Source: Takakia lepidozioides (Eukaryota > Plantae > Bryophyta). From it: DNA of 64,000 bases. The stretch is taken from contig CM060732.1 of the NCBI GenBank assembly GCA_030704615.1, positions 61,566,001-61,630,000 of the forward strand. Direction: 5' to 3'. Shown here in pieces: positions 53,001-64,000 of the stretch. The notes under the pieces were generated by a model. The model searched no databases. It was given only the letters and a program-made list of their open reading frames with translations, and had not been told where the DNA came from. The first letter of the stretch is position 1. The number at the start of each line of letters is the position of its first letter. The position numbers were made by a program, and so were the translations under genes.

Positions 53001-56000
53001 TACCGGAGCAGTCCATTTTGCAAGTGGAACTGCGATTTAACCCCCATCCTCAAGTCCTGCATCACGGACTTCGCCAGCTCATCCTTCCGGCAAGCCTTCC
53101 GGATCTTCCTTTGGAGCGCCGTCTCGCCCTTGTACACCAACAAGAGCTGCTGCTTTCTACTTAAAGCATCGGCCACCACGTTGTCTCGTCCCGGTTTGTA
53201 CTGGATATCCACGTCGAACACCGCCAAAGTATCTTGCCACCTAAGTTGTTTTGGGGACAACTTGGGCTGCGTGGCAAAATACTTCACCGTGACATTGTCC
53301 GTGAACACCTTCACTGGGTTGGAACCAACATAGTGGCGCCAAAGCTCAAGACAGTGCACCACCGCCTTCATCTCTTTTTCGTGCGTCGGCCACCGTCGCT
53401 CCACTTCATTCAGTTTCTTACTTTCGTAAGCCACTGGACGTCCATCTTGCATAAGTACACCCCCAATCGCGAAGTCCGACGCATCTGTATGAATCTCAAA
53501 TGGACGATCGAACTCCGGGATTTTCAAGACTGGAGCTTCCGCCATCCGCTGCTTCAATTCAGCAAAAGCTTGGCCACAAAATGTGTTCCATACCCAGACT
53601 TTGGATTTACACAGAAGGTCCGACAGCGGCCCCGCGATCTTGGCGAATTTTTCTAACATATTTCGGGTAATAGGAGGCGAGTCCTAGGAAGGATCGCACT
53701 CCGGACTGAAGTCGGAGGCTCCCAGTCCAAATCGCACCTCACCTTCTGTTTCCATTGCTCCCATCCGGTGTAATCACATGCCCCAAGAACTCCACTTTCG
53801 TGACCCCGAATTCGCATTTTGAAGCTTTGGCGTACAGCTACCTTCCCGCAACTTTTGGAACACCCTTTTGAGTGCTCCAGGTGTTCCTCCTTGTTTTCGA
53901 GTACACCAAGATGTCGTGAAATGTACACGATCACAAAGTCATCCAACCACTCCTGGAAAAGGCTGTTCATCAGCGTGCTAAATGTCGCTGGTGCATTGGT
54001 GAGCCCAAAAGGCATCAACAAGAACTCATATGAACCATACCTTGTCCTGCACGCGGTCTTCTCCTCACTCCTTCCGCCACCCGAATTTGGTGATAGCCGG
54101 AGCGCAAGTCGATCCGGCTGAATACTTCTGCCAACCGATCGAAGAGGTCGTCGATCCTTGGCAAAGGGTACCGGTTTTGATAGTCACCTTATTCAGAGCC
54201 TGTAATCGACACACATCCGCAGCGTCCCATCCTTCTTGTATTGCAAATAGCACCGGGGCTCCGTAAGGTGACTTACTCGGCGGATGTACCCCTTGACATA
54301 TCCTGAGCTGAGTCTTCAGCTCGACCAACTCTCTGTGGCTCAACCGGTAGGGCGCCTTGGCAGGCGGTTCCGATCCGGTATCACCTCAATCTTGTGGTCA
54401 ACTCCTCTTCGCGGTGGCAAGCCGCTTGGTAAATCCTCCGGCATCACATCCTGGTATTTCTCCAAAATCCCCTTGATCCAATCTGGGCTCGCTCCCCATC
54501 GCCTTCTCCCTTCACTTCTCTAGTAAAGCAAAAAACTGGGGCTCGTGTGCCCTCACGGCCCACTCCTTGCGCTGACAGAAGGTTTATTCGCCCTCCCACG
54601 GATTTGGGCGTTTCCGGACCTCGTAAAACTTGCCACCATTCCCACATGGCAGCGTGACTACTCTCTTGCGGCCATCTATGACCGCTCCAGATTTGCACTC
54701 AAAAAGGTCATCCCCAAAATGAGATCCACTCCATCGATCTCGCAGCTGGTGAAGTTCTCAGTCCCTCCCAACTCCCCAGTTTGAAGAGGAACATCAAACG
54801 CCAACCTTGTCGCCAACTGTGGTTCCCTTGGCAGAATGCACTCAATAGATGCCCCCACGTCACTTGTCGGGAGTCCCAACTTTCGCGCCGCCGCCGGTGT
54901 CGTGAAGGAGTGCGACGATCATGTGTCCACCAACAAACGACACGTTAGTTCCGGATATTATCCCATCCAGAACAATAACGACTCCCTTTACGCAGGGCGC
55001 AGTTTCCTGATACAACTCACAGAATAGTGCCTACCTTGCAAGTCCTGGCGACCGCCGCTTCCACCAAGCGACTGATGGTATCTTCCGACAGCTCGTGGTT
55101 TGCTCGAGTCAGGTTCAATTGTCGAGATTTTGTGCACTTCTTGGCCATGTGCCCGGCTCCCCGCAATTGCAAACACACTCCATCAAAGGTTGCCTTCTGT
55201 CCGCCATTAAGCCGCACCACCCGCTTTTCCTTTCGAAGCACGGGTGCCGCCTTGACGTGTGAAGGCCCTCCCTTCGATTTCCACGTGCCATTGTCGCCGC
55301 GGGCCTATCCCACTTCTTTTCCGGTCGGAAGGAGCACCTTCCCGCCGGTCTTCTTGTGGTTCAGCTCCGTACGGCATTGTCTATCACCCCTAGGGACATC
55401 CGAGAAACATTCAGCCCTCTCAATTGCCTCGTTCAAAGTCTGGGTGGCTTCTCCTCCAACTTCCGCCTGGCCCATGAGGCCAGTCCCGCCACAAAGTTGA
55501 AGACCATTTCTGATTCTGCCATGTCCGCGAGCAACAGCACATTGAAAGCCTGGACATACCCCCGAATGTCATCTGTTTGCTTCAAATTCCTTATCTTGTC
55601 CCGGGCAAGCCAGGACGCGTGAGGGGCACAAACTGTCTCTTCATCAATTCCTTGAACCCACTCCAGTTCAAGGTTTCCGGGCTTGGGCCTCGGTCGTGAA
55701 GGCGTTTCTGCCACCATTGTTGAGCATAGCCCCTCAAATAGGTGGGAGCCACTTCCACCCGATCCTCGTCACTCAACTTGGCCGCCCAGAAGTACTGCTC
55801 TAGCTCCAGGAGCCAGGTGTTGAGTGCCTTCCGATTTCGGAGGCCCTCGAAGGTGCCGCGGGTTCCTTAGGCTTCACTTTAAAACTTTGCCTTAGTGAAG
55901 TGGCATTAGCCGCCTTCAACACGTTTTTCACGTCTCGCCAAACTGCGCCAACAACCTTCCCAAAGGCTGCCGGCATGGGAGGCATCTGTGGTCGGTCGGA

Positions 56001-56966
56001 GCTCTCAGGGATTCCTCGGGCTCCGACTCCTCAGATTCCTCCCGCTCTTGAGCGACCTCGTTTTTGGAGACATGCATCGCTTCCTCAAACGGCCGCCTCG
56101 GTGACACGTCGCCCCCATCGGGCTCACCAGGATCATCATCTTTTGGGCCATTCCGCTTTCGCTTTGGCTTGCCCGACCCCATGATGAGGCCAATCCCAAG
56201 GACGATCGCGTACTGAACTCTAAGCTCTGATACCAAGTGTCGCGCACCTCACTTCGGTAAGCTCCCCCTCAAGTCATAGTTACTCGCTTTGATGCGCGCG
56301 CCTGACTCCCAACCTGGCCGCCGGGCCAACTTGGAGCTTCGGCTGCTCACTGGGGCATAACGGTCCCCCTTTGTTCTCCCAAAGAACCCTCCACCATTTT
56401 GGGCCTAGTGGAATTCCCTTTCGTAGATGGCAGTCCGGAACAGCTCCCCACTCTTTGGTCGCTTTCCGGCTCGCTCGCTTACTCACTAGTTTTTGGACAC
56501 CAATGGGCTTCCACCGTTCTCGGGGTTACTACTCCCCTTATATATACTTCTGTAGCTGTCCGCGGGGGTTTCACAACCAGCCATGCCATTTTATGGCGAA
56601 CCACCACGAAACCCTCGACTCCCGGTGATGAGTCGCGGTGAGTCTTGGCCCACTCACCACGGCCCCTATGGACGTGATGAGTCCCAAGACTCCCCACGAC
56701 TCCCACCACGAGGTCTCCGCCCCCATGGTGAGTCCTATGCCACCCCCACTAAGTCCCGCTAAGCTACCACCACCCCTTGTGGAGCCACCCCCACCGCAAA
56801 CCCGGTGTGCGGGGCTCCACCTAGTGAGCGCCTCCGCTTCCTGAGTGCCTTGGGCACTCAAGGGTGCTTCAGCCCCCCCCCATACCTATCGCTGCCGCTG
56901 CCCCCACCACAGGGGCAGCCCCTCGTGTGTCCCGACCCCCTGCCCTCAAGGCAAAGGGCCGCGACA
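50041..56966 (-). mobile_element. Full-length chromovirus family B copy 2 with LTRs 50041-50770 and 56238-56966 and TSD TGGTA
   Basis: TGTCGCG...CGCGACA LTRs; TGGTA at 50036-50040 and 56967-56971; RH-INT ORFs; chromodomain EYEVEAILKSR..EYLVKWKGY...SW. Confidence 0.97.
56224..56235 (-). promoter_or_regulatory. Primer-binding site, tRNA-iMet (TGGTATCAGAGC)
   Basis: Canonical sequence 2 nt inside the 5' LTR boundary. Confidence 0.95.
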
Positions 56967-59900
56967 TGGTATCCCTTTTAGATCCTCATAGCTCCAAGCA
57001 AATACATCTCTGTATTTGATGAACAAACTCTTAGCTTCTTCAAAGAATCTGGCTCCAATTCAGCTCCTACCTTCACCATCCTCGGTTCCTCTTTAGTTCC
57101 CACATTCACTTCCCTTACTTGCTCATCAGCTGTGATTGTCCAACCAGTCACCACTTCATCCTTACACTCACAGTGGCTGGTTCCTCTAGGATTTCCATTT
57201 CTCCTTCTTTTTCTTCATAGAAATGTGATGGGTAACTGCTGGTTTCCTCTTCAATTGGTGTTGCTGACACTACACCACAGCAGATACCCTTTAAACAACT
57301 TAGGTCTTCCAGCCGCATCTCTACAACCTGCTCCCACTCTGGGTGTGCAGCAAACAGGGTAGCTTCCTGCTCCTCATCCAGTCCTCCTCTCCAGTCATAC
57401 TCTCTGACCCCTCGAGGTCTTCTCGTAGCAGGTAATCTACTAGATTTCTTTGTGGTAATTTGTATCTCGTGCATCCCATTATGCACGGTTAGTAACTGAG
57501 AATTCCAGTCATGGAATACCCTGGCCTGTTTCAGCCACGAACGTCCCAATAATAAGGAGTAAGCCTCCATGACTTCATCCATCTTCAACACAGTTATTGT
57601 GATCATAAAGATCATCTGCTGTATCTGTATCTTAACTCCTCTTATTAATCCCAATGGTTGTACACTTCTTTGATCTGCCATTGTTACTGTAAATGGGGCT
57701 GGTTTCATGTTACTTAGACCAAGCTTCTTCCTTAATTGGTCTGTCATGATATTTACTCCAGAGCCTCCATCTATCAGTACATCAGTTAGTTCTGTGCTTC
57801 CAATTCTCAATTGGATTACTGGCATAGAATCATCAAAGTCCATGACTGTTTCTCGCTTTTCAGGCTTCACATTATAACTGGTCACATTGCTGTTCAGGTC
57901 TGTGTTTCCTGTCTCCTGGGCAATTCGATTGATTGCTTGATACAGCCTGTGTCTACAGTAAGGTGCCACAGCCAATAGCTGTCCAATGGTAATCTCTGCT
58001 TTGGTCTGGCATATTACTTCAGCCAAAGTCCCTTCATTACTCTGCATGTCTGCATCTTCTTTCTTCCTTTCATCCTCCCTCACTTCTTCTTCTCCATCAG
58101 AATCAGAGGAATCTGCCATAGGAATATCAGTACTCTTCTGCATTTCCCTTATGGTATCTGCCACTTCCTTGTGCAGTTCCTTCTCATCTCTCCATGCATA
58201 TCAGTGCCACCTTCATTATCATCCTCTTCCTCAACTACTGGAGGTATTAGTTTGGCTTTGCTTCTTATTACTATCATTGTACTTACTTCTGGTACAACAC
58301 ATGGCCTAACCATGTGAGCTGCCACCACTGGGCCCTCATTCACAGGAGCTCTCATCTCATTCTCGTGTCTAATCCAGAATGAACAGGCTGCCTTGCGATG
58401 TCCTGGCTGATTACAATAGTAACATAGTTCTTCACCATTGGGTCCTCGCCCTTGGTCTGTTCTGGGATTATTTCTGTAATCCTGATTCCCGGGCTGGTAA
58501 TTCCCCCTTGGATTACCTTGATAGTTGCCTCTGGAATTTCCTTGGTAATCTCCTCTTGAATTACCTCTCCCTTCCATGCCATTGTTATAACCACCAGACC
58601 TACCATAGTGGTCCTGATCATTGTTTCTTCTTGGCTGGGGCTGCACCTGATGCACCCTTCCTTGCCTAGGTTCTCTTGCAGCTGTCCTTCTGTTGTAGTA
58701 ACAATTCTCAGTAGAATGGTTATCCATTTTACAGATAGTACAGTGTTTCTCCTTCATGTGGCATTCTGTGGTGGTATGGCCTTTAGTCTGGCACTTTGCA
58801 CACCATACACCCTTCCTCCAATGTGTTGCAGCCTCTGTGGCATATTTCTTCAAGATTTCTTCCAATCTTTTCTCATGGTTATCCCTCTTCAACTTCTCCT
58901 TTCTCTTACTCTTCCTTTTTAGTTCTTGCTCTTCTTCTTCATCTCACTCATCCGCAGAGTCATCATCATCCATTTTCTCTCTCCTGAGCATTCCCAATTG
59001 CTCAATTCTGTTTGCAGTTTCAAATGCCTCCTCCACTGTATTATGGGGTACCATATCCACTTTCTTTTGCAACTCTGCTCTTAGTCCACTCACAAACCAA
59101 GTCTTCTGTAAACCTGGTTCTGGTACTGCAGCCAGCTTTTTCATCATCAATTCCATCTTTTCCATATACTCCTCAACAGTTTCATGCTTCTTTTGCTTTA
59201 ACTGTTGTAAACTTCCATACACTTCATCCTCAGTTTTACTTGTCCTGAACCTATTTCGGAATGTTGTATTCAAGCCATTCTAGGTTAGGAAATGATTATC
59301 AAGGAATCTCGCATACCATTCACTTGCTTTCTTGATAAGTGAACAAGGAAACAATCTCATCTTGGCATCATCGCCATTCTCATTGTTCACTATACACATG
59401 TGCTCAAATTGGCTAATGTGTACATCGGGATCCCCTTTTCCTGAATATATTGGAAAAGGTGGTTTTGCCCGTGTTGGTTGTAACGCCATCTGTGGCCCTA
59501 CCTTCTGCCCACTGACAGGTGCTGGCACCCTTGCTGGTGCTGGTCCTTCAGGACCTGTTGTTGTTGTGGTAGATCTTCCACCAAGTGGTGGCCCTTGAGC
59601 ACTCCCTGCTACTGGCCCCACGATATTCACAGTATTCCCAGCTTCAGTTGCACTACTTCCCACACTCCCTGTCCCCCCAGAGCCAGATCCAGGCAGCCCG
59701 CCTGATCCCCCTGAGCCGACACCTTCGTTGGCCTGTGATCCAAGTGCTCCACTTGATCCAGGTCCAACGGGTTGGGATGTCCTGGTTGTAGTCTCAACCT
59801 CAGCTGTTGGGTCTACTTCTTCATACTCTTCCTCTTCCAATTTCTTCTCGCTGTTTTCATCCTCCAAGTTCTGCCCTTGGGTTTCTTCTTCACTCATGTA

Positions 59901-60339
59901 ACTCAACTGCAATGGTGTTGGAGAGTCTCAACTCTCCGTTGGCTTTGCCACATCCTCTCCTCTTTTTTCACCTTCCGCTTCAGAAACTGGAGTTCCTGCT
60001 TTTGGTGTTCCATGCCAACTCTTATCAAAGATTTCTGTCAAATCTTTTATCCAGGGATGTACCTCAGATCTTTCACCTCGTGATTGATCTTCTTCCTGTA
60101 CCAATTCCCTTAATCTTTCTTGCAAAGAAAAAGAAGGAGTGGCATCCAAGTCTAGTTGTTCCGGTATGGGTGATGTACTCTTTGATCTTAATGGTGTGAG
60201 AGGTCCAGATGATTCCCCTATGTCTATTCCTCTCTCCCAAGATATGGATAATTAGCTTTCAGATAGCTTTCTTTTTTGCTGAATATCTCTGGCGTCTAGC
60301 TTCTCTTTCATCACTCATGTCCCATGTCTTTCATTTCTT

Positions 60340-60900
60340 TTAATGTGGCAATAACCAAAACTCTCTTCTGTAATATCTCTCGTATATGCCTGGGTTTCTT
60401 TCTAGCTTTAATGCACCCTTGGCTATACTAGAAGTCTTCGTTACCATATAACCATATGGCAAACAAGTCTTGAAAGTTGTTCTTGGTGTGAGTTTGATCC
60501 ACAAAATATCTTTTGGAATCCAATTCTTTACCAGTACATGCTCTTCATGCATATGAGTATACACATTCACCTTTCTTTCTTCCCAGCCTTCAAACTCTAC
60601 TCGCTTAATGGATAGCAATGCTATCACATAAACCAGTGTTGGTAACCAACGTGCTCTTCCTCTACAGGCCACCTGATAAATCTTTATCACTCCTTTCTCC
60701 AGTCCCCATTCAGGGTCAGCATCATGCACTCTCTTAAGAATGTTTTCTTTACAACCATCTGGCAATTCCAAGAACCTTTGAAAGAATCCTTTGGATAATC
60801 TTTCCTTCTCAGTTTCACAAGGAATTTGATTCACATCAAATTCTTTAATTCTCCAACCACCATGATCCCACCAGATGCCTGTCACATCTGGTTGTTCATG
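60340..60900 (-). CDS. Extra ORF upstream of gag in family A, unknown function
   Basis: About 185 stop-free codons between PBS and gag (ORF track 60340..61035); true start unclear. Confidence 0.5.
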   Translation of the reverse strand, partial: HEQPDVTGIWWDHGGWRIKEFDVNQIPCETEKERLSKGFFQRFLELPDGCKENILKRVHDADPEWGLEKGVIKIYQVACRGRARWLPTLVYVIALLSIKRVEFEGWEERKVNVYTHMHEEHVLVKNWIPKDILWIKLTPRTTFKTCLPYGYMVTKTSSIAKGALKLERNPGIYERYYRREFWLLPH

Positions 60901-60907
60901 ACCCAGT

Positions 60908-60925
60908 TCCCCAGTATGGTCGCCA
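60908..60925 (-). promoter_or_regulatory. PBS TGGCGACCATACTGGGGA (tRNA-Arg-like)
   Basis: 2 nt after the LTR end; resembles the TGGCGAC-type PBS of Tat/Ogre elements. Confidence 0.7.
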
Positions 60926-61906
60926 AATGTCACGCGGCTTTTGCTCACCCATCCCTTCGCTATCCGAGGCGGAAACTCCAAGATAGAAGAGTTGGAAATC
61001 TCTAAGCACTCAGCCCGCTCAGAACAATCAGTCATGACCTACAGCTAGTGTATCATGGGGGTGTTTCCTATTTGTTTTCCTTCCCGCATTCATGTTAGCT
61101 AGTTACCTTACTGTTGGTAATTAAGTATCAGTTTGCTTCAGCAATCTATCGGATCCCATCAACTCATCCATTCATTCCACAGCTTCACTCAGATCTCTCT
61201 ACACAGTGTGAGTATGAAGTATGTATCAGATTAATATCTATCGAGTATCAGGCTGAAGCCATGGAGTCTCTAATCTGCTCTACATTACAACTCTACTACT
61301 TGCATTCATTAAGCATCAACAGATCGCCCTCCTCCTACTCTGTGCTCTCCCTCCTTCCGCTCAGAGATGCGCTCTCTCCTCCTTTCCTCCCGTGATGTCC
61401 GAAGTTCCCTCTCCAAGTAATCTCTCCCCCTTCTCCCAGAATTCCCCAAGAAGTGATCCTTCTCCCGTGCTCGCTCCTGGCTTTATCTTCCTACCCTGGT
61501 TCTAACCGTTTCCCTCACTAACCGTCGTCATCCGTGTACTAACATGTTCCATTCGCAGATGTTGTTCCCCACATTCGTTCCCTGTCCTGCTATCCGTTCC
61601 CTATGGTCGTGACAGCTTTGTCAAGCTGTGACTGGCTGTGCGACTGTGTTGGGCCGTGTCGACTGTGTCAAGCTGTGACTGGCTGTGACGGCTGTGTCTG
61701 GCTGTGTCGGCTGTGTCGGACTGTGATGGGCTGTGTTGACTGTGTCTGGCTGTGTCGGCTGTGTTGGCTGTGACGGGCTGTGTAACCCCCCCTCTAAAGT
61801 GCGCTGCTGTCACCTCTAAGGCTCCTGTTGGTCTCAGTCTGTGCAAAAATTAAGGGTACCCCACAGATCCCATATAAGTGTCTAAGTTCCAGACAGTCCT
61901 CTAAGA

Positions 61907-64000
61907 AGGCTGTGTCACGCCGTGATGGGCTGTGATAGGCTGTGTCGCGCCGTGCTGGGCTGTGATAGGCTGTGTCGCTCTTGTTCTGTCCGCCCTGGTC
62001 ATATATGCTCGGCTTAGCGACAAGTGCTCCATACTCCGTTGGTATCACTGGCATAGCCCGTGACTGCTTTTGCGTTTCAACATGCAAATCATGCTGCAAT
62101 GGTTTGTCATGGATACCACTGTACCCCTTCAACTTATTGGCATTGACTCTTCCCAGCATCTCTTTGTTAATGGTTTGTAACATGGCGGTGTTGTTATCAT
62201 ACATCTTCTGTATGACATAAGGTCCTTTCCATGGTGATTTAAGCTTAGAAGCTTTAATCTTTCCTTTCTTCTGCAACCAAAGAACCAAATCTCCCATCTT
62301 AAAAGTCTTTATTTTGCCTTCATTAAACTGTTCCTTTCTCTTCATCTGAATTCTGGTCATGTTATCAGCTGCATCAGCACGTACTTCTTCCACATGGTAT
62401 AATTCATGTTTCCTGACCTTAATTGAATCTTGCAATTCCATTATCTTTCCCCATTCCGTTCTCATGGTAGGTAACAGGAATTCCACTGGAAGTAAAGCTT
62501 CCATACCATAAACTAATTGGAATGGTGTATACTTAGTGGTGACTTTATATGAAGTCCTGTATGACCACAAAGCTGTCAGCAGCTTTGTATCCCAATCCGT
62601 TCTGTTTGCATTGACTATCTTAGCCAAGATAGTACATAGTATTTTGTTGGTAGCCTCTGCCTGTCCATTACCCTGTGGGTAATATGTTGTACTTTTCTTA
62701 TGCACAATCATGAACTCTTTAGTCAATAATTCAATGGTCTCATTAATGAAGTGACTTCCCTGATCACTGATAAATTCCAAGGGACAGCCAAATCGTGTAA
62801 GTATGTTCTCATACAGGAACCTTGCTGTGGACTTGGCTGTGTTGTCCCTCAAAGCTTTAGCTTCCACCCACTTCGTAGTATAATCAGTGGATGTAATTAT
62901 GTACCTGTTCTGTGTATTCTTGGCTGGTGGGTTAATTGGTCCAACAAAGTCTAGTCCCCATTTCTGAAATGGTTCTGTAGGCATTAAGGCCATCTTTCCA
63001 GATCTCTGCAAAGGTCCTAGCCTCTGACATTCATCACAACTCTGACAATACTTGTGTACATCTTTGAACAAAGTAGGCCACCAGTAACCTGCGAGTAGTA
63101 TCTTCCTACTGGTAGTCTCTTCTCCAAAATGACCTCCAGCCACTCCTTTATGATCTTCCTCCAAAACTTTATTTACTTCATGGTGGTACAAGCATCGTTT
63201 AAGTACTCCATCAGGTCCTAGCTTATACATTCTGCTTCCTACCATAGTATAAGGAAAAGCCTTGATAGCGATTCTCTTCCTCTGCTCCTTACCATAACTA
63301 GGTGGGCACTGACCATGAGTAAGGTAGTATCTGATTGGTCACTGCCAATCTAACCATTCATCTGCACTTCCTTGCACCTCCATTACAAATAAACTCGCAT
63401 CAGGTAACTGATCGTCTACTCCTGTGGCGGCCTCTCCTGTTGTTAGTCGTGACAAATGATCTGCCACAAGATGCAAACGGCCAGGCTTGTAAACAACTTC
63501 GAACTCAAACTCATGCAAGATTATTAACCACCTCGCTATCCTTCCACTTATCAAAGGTTTGTTCACCAGATATATCAGAGCCTGGTGATCCACATAAAAC
63601 ATAAACTTTCTTCCCAATAGGTAATGCCTGAATTTCTTGACTGCATAAATCATTGCCAGTGCTTCTCTTTCAGTTGTGCTATAGTTCCTTTCAGCACTGT
63701 TCATCAATGTGCTAGCATAGTACACAGGTGAATCTATATTTCCTGTAACATTCTGGGCTAACACCGCTCCCAACGCTTCTCCTGAGGCATCACAGTGAAC
63801 ATGAAATACTACATGCCAGTGAGGGTTAATCAGCACAGGTGTAGTTGTTACTGACAATGTAAGTTCCTCAAAAGCCTGTTGACATTCAGCTGTCCATGCA
63901 AATACTGCATCTTTCTTCAGAAGCTTGCTCAATGGTGCTGCTATTTGTGCATACCTTTTGACAAATCTTCTGTAATAATTGGTTTGCCTAAGGAATATCC
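61907..64000 (-). mobile_element. Gypsy family A copy 3: RT end, RNase H, integrase (continues beyond window)
   Basis: ORFs 63339-63932 and 61794-63245 are nearly identical to 32546-34580. Confidence 0.95.

Larger units (their letters stand above)
49592..61906 (-). mobile_element. Gypsy family A copy 2: 5' LTR 60928-61906, PBS, extra 5' ORF, gag-PR-RT (truncated at ~49592), interrupted by chromovirus B2
   Basis: Highly similar to 28666-32180. RT continues across the insertion (56967-57130 and 49592-50040). Confidence 0.93.

Overview
Eukaryotic nuclear DNA from a land plant, most likely a non-seed plant with heavy organellar C-to-U RNA editing (inferred from GT-AG introns, PLS-DYW PPR genes and NTRC). 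1-2.2 kb: a spliced, frame-intact beta-class amino-(N4C/N6A) DNA-methyltransferase-like gene followed by a probable DNA-transposon end. 2.2-15.9 kb: a tandem cluster of degraded PLS-E-DYW PPR editing-factor genes with highly homogenised repeats. Two copies begin with OSB-type PDF (ssDNA-binding) motif exons that run into the PPR array, and one copy is interrupted by a DUF2921 exon. 16.5-23.6 kb: a 5'-truncated, probably pseudogenised NTRC and an apparently intact STK19-like gene. 24.6-64 kb: a transposon nest with a hAT MITE, two chromovirus copies (one full length, TGGTA TSD), three copies of a non-chromovirus Ty3/gypsy with extra 5' and 3' ORFs, a LINE fragment, and a Ty3/gypsy carrying a C5-cytosine methyltransferase domain between protease and RT. 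Top candidates for new biology: the DNMT-carrying gypsy, the transposon-associated amino-MTase, and the PDF-PPR-DYW fusion. All family calls come from motif recognition by eye; no database searches were run.
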